Positions 1 to 5,265 of a DNA stretch of 5,265 nt are shown in pieces; the first letter of the stretch is position 1; each line of letters starts with the position of its first letter. Position numbers and translations under genes: made by a program. This DNA comes from Octopus vulgaris (Eukaryota): the NCBI GenBank assembly GCA_951406725.2, contig CATOCA020000108.1:1-5265 (forward strand). Reading direction: 5' to 3'. A model generated the notes under the pieces. It searched no databases and was not told where the DNA came from. It worked only from the letters and a program-made list of their open reading frames with translations.

Positions 1-163
1 CAATGCTGGTGTGTTTAGGTCCCCGTAACTTAGCGATTCGGCAAAAGAGACTGATAGAATAAGTACTTGGCTTACAAATAATAAGCCCTGGGATCAATTG
101 TATTCGACTAAAGGCGGTGCTCCAGCATGGCCTCAGTCAAATGACTGAAAAGAATAAAAGAAT
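1..163 (+). mobile_element. 3' portion of a tRNA-derived SINE (resembles the abundant Octopus SINE family); cut by the window edge
   Basis: Seen: GC-normal segment ending GGCGGTGCTCCAGCATGGCC-TCAGTCA-AA-TGACTGA, then tail (AAAAGAAT)x2 at 148-163 running into (TA)n. Recognised from memory as close to the octopus SINE body (gatgctggtgtgtttacgtccccgtaacttagcggttcggcaaaagagaccgatagaataagtac...); not database-verified. Confidence 0.85.
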
Positions 164-442
164 ATATATACATATACATATGTATATGCATATATATACA
201 CACATATATATGCACATATATATATATACATACATCTAAATACATATACATACATATATATTCATTTATATATAGATACATATAAATATATATATACATA
301 TAAATATATATATACATATATAAATATATATATACATATATATGTATATATACATATATATATATATGCATATACATGTATATATACATATATATATATA
401 TGCATATACATGTATATATACATATATATATATATATGCATA

Positions 443-475
<33 letters not shown>

Positions 476-506
476 GCATATACATGTATATATATATATA
501 TGCATA

Positions 507-537
<31 letters not shown>

Positions 538-686
538 GCATATATATGTATATATACATATATATATGCATATACATGTATATATACATGTATATATATA
601 TGCATATATATATGCATATATATATATATATATATATATAAATGCATATATACATATATATATGCATATACATGTATATATACATA

Positions 687-723
<37 letters not shown>

Positions 724-812
724 GCATATATATATATATATATAAATGCATATATACATATATATATAAATGCATATATACATATATATGCATATACATG
801 TATATATACATA

Positions 813-877
<65 letters not shown>

Positions 878-1237
878 TATATGTATATACATATATACAT
901 ATATATATGCATATATATATATGCATATATATATATATAAATATACATATATATGTATATACATAGATATATATATATGCATATATATATATATATACAT
1001 ATATATGCATATATAAATATATATACATATATATATATATGTATATATATATACATATATGCATATGTATATATATGTATATATATATACATATATGCAT
1101 ACATATATATATATATATATATATACATATGTATGCATATATATTGATATATATATATACTTAGATATGTGCTCATATATACAAAATATATATGTATGCA
1201 TATATATACGTATATATGTATTTACCTACATATATAC
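164..1237. repeat. Interrupted (TA)n microsatellite with higher-order TGCA/CATG/TACA-punctuated units
   Basis: Almost continuous TA alternation. TGCA recurs at about 20-40 bp spacing over ~365-830, and block 640-720 recurs at ~768-840. Confidence 0.97.
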
Positions 1238-1239
1238 AG

Positions 1240-1358
1240 CCAGAAGGATTGCTGTGTGGTATATAGCTTCATTTGGAACCATATGATTGCGGGTTGAGTC
1301 GCTTGGCATGGTACGTTGGGCAAGTGTCTTCCACTATAGTTTCATGCTAACCAGTCTT
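1240..1358 (+). mobile_element. Degenerate 5' head (tRNA-related region plus CORE-like start) of a SINE, 3'-truncated
   Basis: A-box-like TTGCTGTGTGG (1249-1259), B-box-like GGTTGAGTCGC (1292-1302), then TTGGGCAAGTGTCTTCCACTATAG (1316-1339), which resembles the CORE-SINE CCTTGGGCAAGT motif and the remembered octopus SINE head. Boundaries approximate. Confidence 0.75.
1249..1302 (+). promoter_or_regulatory. Decayed RNA polymerase III type-2 internal promoter (A and B boxes) of the SINE head
   Basis: Boxes are 32 nt apart, a tRNA-like spacing. The B box departs from GGTTCRANNCC (GTTG instead of GTTC), so it is probably inactive. Confidence 0.55.
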
Positions 1359-1360
1359 CA

Positions 1361-1390
1361 ATATTTGAATATACATATGTATGTATGTAA

Positions 1391-1420
<30 letters not shown>
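1361..1420. repeat. Short (TA)n/(TATG)n tract between the SINE head and the LINE tail
   Basis: atatttgaatatacatatgtatgtatgtaaatatatat... seen directly. Confidence 0.9.
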
Positions 1421-1421
<1 letters not shown>

Positions 1422-1787
1422 CTTTGATACTTTGATAGGTTTCGGCCATTATTGGCCCAGGCCATGTCTAACTTAATAGCACCACCTGGTGAAGTCTTTC
1501 AAGTCAGAATTTGGGCATTATGGCCCACTCAAGTAGAGAGTTATTGTTTACAGAGAAATATCCAGGTGTAGGGGGTTTATCTGGGATTTCTTGAAGGAAT
1601 CTGTCCAAAGACTTCTTGAACCCTATAGGGTCAGTTTCTGTTTTAATGTGTTTTGGGTAATGTTAAAGAGAGGGGGGCCAATTGAGGTGAAATAATTGTG
1701 CCGTATTGTTGTTATGAGATGAGAGTGCGATTTTTGTTTTGGGCGGATGGCACGGGGCTCAAGCCTTGGATGTACCTTAAAGGTGAT
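1421..1787 (-). mobile_element. 5'-truncated non-LTR retrotransposon (LINE, CR1-like clade) 3' end
   Basis: Minus strand carries an ORF2 C-terminus-like peptide, stop TGA at 1506-1504, an ~83-nt 3' UTR with hairpin GGCCA-ATAA-TGGCC (1457-1444) and a terminal octamer (ATCAAAGT)x2 (1436-1421). It is flanked by (TA)n on both sides. A short tandem-repeat tail rather than poly-A is typical of CR1/L2-type LINEs. Confidence 0.85.
1504..1787 (-). pseudogene. Frameshifted C-terminal fragment of LINE ORF2 (downstream of the reverse transcriptase domain)
   Basis: 1787-1659 reads [43 protein letters not shown]. After an apparent 1-nt deletion at ~1657-1658, 1656-1504 reads [50 protein letters not shown]. 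The joined pattern R.N.F...GP.LFN..P..I......FK..LD.FL..IPD.P...GY.....NSL resembles invertebrate CR1-like ORF2 C-termini. Confidence 0.82.
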
Positions 1788-1832
1788 ATATATATATACA
1801 TATATATATTTGAATATATGTATATATATATA

Positions 1833-1867
<35 letters not shown>

Positions 1868-1904
1868 GTATGTATATATACATATGTATGTATACATACA
1901 TATG

Positions 1905-1944
<40 letters not shown>

Positions 1945-1987
1945 TACATATGTCTGTATATATATATATATATATATAAATATACAC

Positions 1988-2018
<31 letters not shown>

Positions 2019-2131
2019 CATATGTATATTCAAATATATATATGTATATATATATATATACATACATATGTATATTCAAATATATATATGTATATATATA
2101 TATATATATATACATACATATGTATATTCAA

Positions 2132-2180
<49 letters not shown>
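1788..2180. repeat. Interrupted (TA)n microsatellite containing a 46-52 bp minisatellite
   Basis: CATATGTATATTCAAAT repeated at 2019-2035, 2065-2081 and 2117-2133. Confidence 0.95.
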
Positions 2181-2181
<1 letters not shown>

Positions 2182-2442
2182 GGTTTAATTTCAAAAAAAC
2201 TATTCACAAAAGAATTATATAGGAATATATAATTCAGCTAGCCGTCTATATATATATTATATATATATATATATACATACACACACATACAGATATATAT
2301 TTTTATTACATCTGTATCTCAATATGTACATATATATGCATGAATATATACACATATATATACATAGATATGATTTTTATTCTATATATATATACATTTA
2401 AATATCTCAATATATGTGTATATAATATATACATATACAATT

Positions 2443-2499
<57 letters not shown>

Positions 2500-2610
2500 C
2501 ATTCATATATATATACATATCAATATAAATGTGTATGTATATAAGTATATACGTACATACATTTATATATATATATATATCAATATATACATGTATATAT
2601 ATACATATAT

Positions 2611-2750
2611 ATATACATCTATATATATAAATATATATACATCTATATAAATATATATACATCTATATAAATATATGTACATCTATACATATATATATAT
2701 ATATATATAAATATATATACATCTATATATAAATATATATCTATATATAT
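2611..2750. repeat. ~20-22 bp minisatellite (ATATATATACATCTATATAA)
   Basis: Exact copies at 2631-2650 and 2651-2670; variants at ~2611, ~2671 and ~2711. Confidence 0.85.
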
Positions 2751-2930
2751 CAACATATATATATATATGTATATATATTTTTTGATACATGTTAATACCA
2801 TCACATATCATTATATATGTATTATATATATATGCGTGTTAGAGTATATGTGTATAGCTGTCTAAATATATATTCATATACATACATATACATATATACA
2901 TATATATATATACACACATATATACATATA

Positions 2931-3110
2931 TATCCATATATATACACACATATCCATATATACATATATATATACACACATATCCATATATACATATATA
3001 TACACACATATCCATATATACATATATATACACACATATCCATATATACATATATATACACACATATCCATATATATACACACACATCCATATATACATA
3101 TATATACACA
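2931..3110. repeat. ~28 bp minisatellite (TATCCATATATACATATATATACACACA)
   Basis: CC marker at 2934, 2954, 2984, 3012, 3040, 3068 and 3088 (spacings 20, 30, 28, 28, 28, 20). Confidence 0.9.
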
Positions 3111-3145
3111 CATTACTATATATATATATATATATATATATATTG

Positions 3146-3178
<33 letters not shown>

Positions 3179-3451
3179 TATCTATATATACATATTTATA
3201 CACACATATATATCTATATATACATATTTATACACACATTACTATATATATATATTTATATATATATATATACACACACATTACTATATATATATACACA
3301 TATATACATATATATATATACACACATATATACATATATATCCATATATACATACATATAGATATATATATGCTTATAGATACATACAGATAGTCATAAA
3401 TATATATATAAATATATACATACATGTTCATATATCTCAATATATACAAAC

Positions 3452-3493
<42 letters not shown>

Positions 3494-3525
3494 TATTGCT
3501 GTGTCTAGAGAGGGTAATTATATGA

Positions 3526-3562
<37 letters not shown>

Positions 3563-4090
3563 ATATATTTATAAATATATTACATGTACACACACACACA
3601 TATATATATATATGTATATATACACAAATATATACACATCAATTTATATATATTATTATCCTGTTATATCTACTAATAACAGATACGTTGTGTCATTCAA
3701 CTAAAGAATTACTCAGTGGTCTTTATTGTGGAGATATTATGTGGTGAAAAATAGAGGCTGGACTGACTTTCAAGTTTTTGACAACTAGCCTTTCTTGGAC
3801 AGGTGAAGAAAGCCTAACAGGCCAAGACTCACAATCACTATCAATGCTCTTATGGTAAATATATAGTATACATGCATATATATATATACATAAACATGTG
3901 TTAGTAAGTTGTGTACCATTACTTGATAAATGAAAAGATGCGTTTATATATACATATATCTACATATTGCATATATGTATATAGATATGTGTTTATGTAT
4001 AAGTATAGATGCTTGTATATTTTCATGCACACTCCTTTGCATACATACTTGAAGATTTGTTTTAGAAATAAATACACATGTATTTGTAAA

Positions 4091-4900
<810 letters not shown>

Positions 4901-5265
4901 TATATTTACAAACACACGTACATACGTATAAAGGCATAAATGTATACACACGCACGTTTGATGTTACGAACAGAAATAGAAATGAAAAAAACACATGCAT
5001 TTCCTTTCTTTTAATTTGACAGAAGTCAATAAAGGGACGAGCTTTTAGTGCATTGCCGAGATAAACATATATACACACATATTCATTCATACATACATAA
5101 ATATACAGGTGCGCGTCCACTCACCCGTACACATAACGCGTCACGCAAACATTCAATTAGCAACTTTTCAAAGTTCCATTTTTTTAATTCTTTTTTTTTT
5201 CATTTTATTTTTTTTTAAGTTTTGCGTTTTACGTTTTCAAAATATTTATTGAATTACGTATTCGT

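Larger units (their letters stand above)
2245..3650. repeat. Degenerate (TA)n/(CA)n low-complexity region with embedded minisatellites
   Basis: TA alternation with CA, TC and CC interruptions; near-pure TA runs at ~2445-2492, ~3455-3487 and ~3529-3560. Confidence 0.92.

Noticed and set aside
108-1286. Long overlapping Y/I/M/C/H-rich ORFs (up to 330 aa) on both strands
   Set aside because: (TA)n with RY-preserving interruptions cannot form stop codons, so nearly all frames are open; these are translation artefacts.
1240-1310. Functional tRNA gene
   Set aside because: The B box is degenerate, no clean cloverleaf is evident, and it continues into SINE body sequence.
1623-2063. 146-aa minus-strand ORF as an intact gene
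   Set aside because: The N-terminus is TA repeat. Only 1787-1659 is LINE-derived coding sequence, and its last residues are out of frame.
2019-3110. Regularly spaced repeats as a CRISPR-like array
   Set aside because: Spacers are the same low-complexity TA sequence rather than unique, the context is eukaryotic, and there are no cas genes.
3700-3858. Selenoprotein exon (in-frame TGA) or mariner transposase fragment (GDxxW...ML resemblance)
   Set aside because: Only a few residues resemble the motif, there is no SECIS or TIR evidence, and the pattern is compatible with chance.
5169-5240. T-rich tracts as a terminator or splice acceptor
   Set aside because: There is no GC hairpin and no supportable downstream exon within the window; poly-T is common in AT-rich DNA.

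Overview
Non-coding, extremely AT-rich eukaryotic DNA, mostly interrupted (TA)n microsatellite; no intact gene is supportable and the YI-rich ORFs are repeat artefacts. The non-repetitive islands hold retroposon remnants: the 3' part of a tRNA-derived SINE (1-163, +), a decayed 5' head of probably the same SINE family (~1240-1358, +), and a 5'-truncated CR1-like LINE 3' end (1421-1787, -) with a frameshifted ORF2 C-terminus, stop codon, 3' UTR and 8-bp tandem tail. From memory the SINE resembles the abundant Octopus family, so the source is probably an octopus (inference). The most interesting signal is that the SINE and LINE 3' ends share a motif, double-hairpin and octamer-tail architecture with compensatory stem substitutions, suggesting a SINE/partner-LINE relationship. 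Also noted: the LINE appears to interrupt a minisatellite that has an inverted copy nearby, there are several higher-order minisatellites, an unexplained unique island lies at ~3654-3860, and the right end is CpG-rich.
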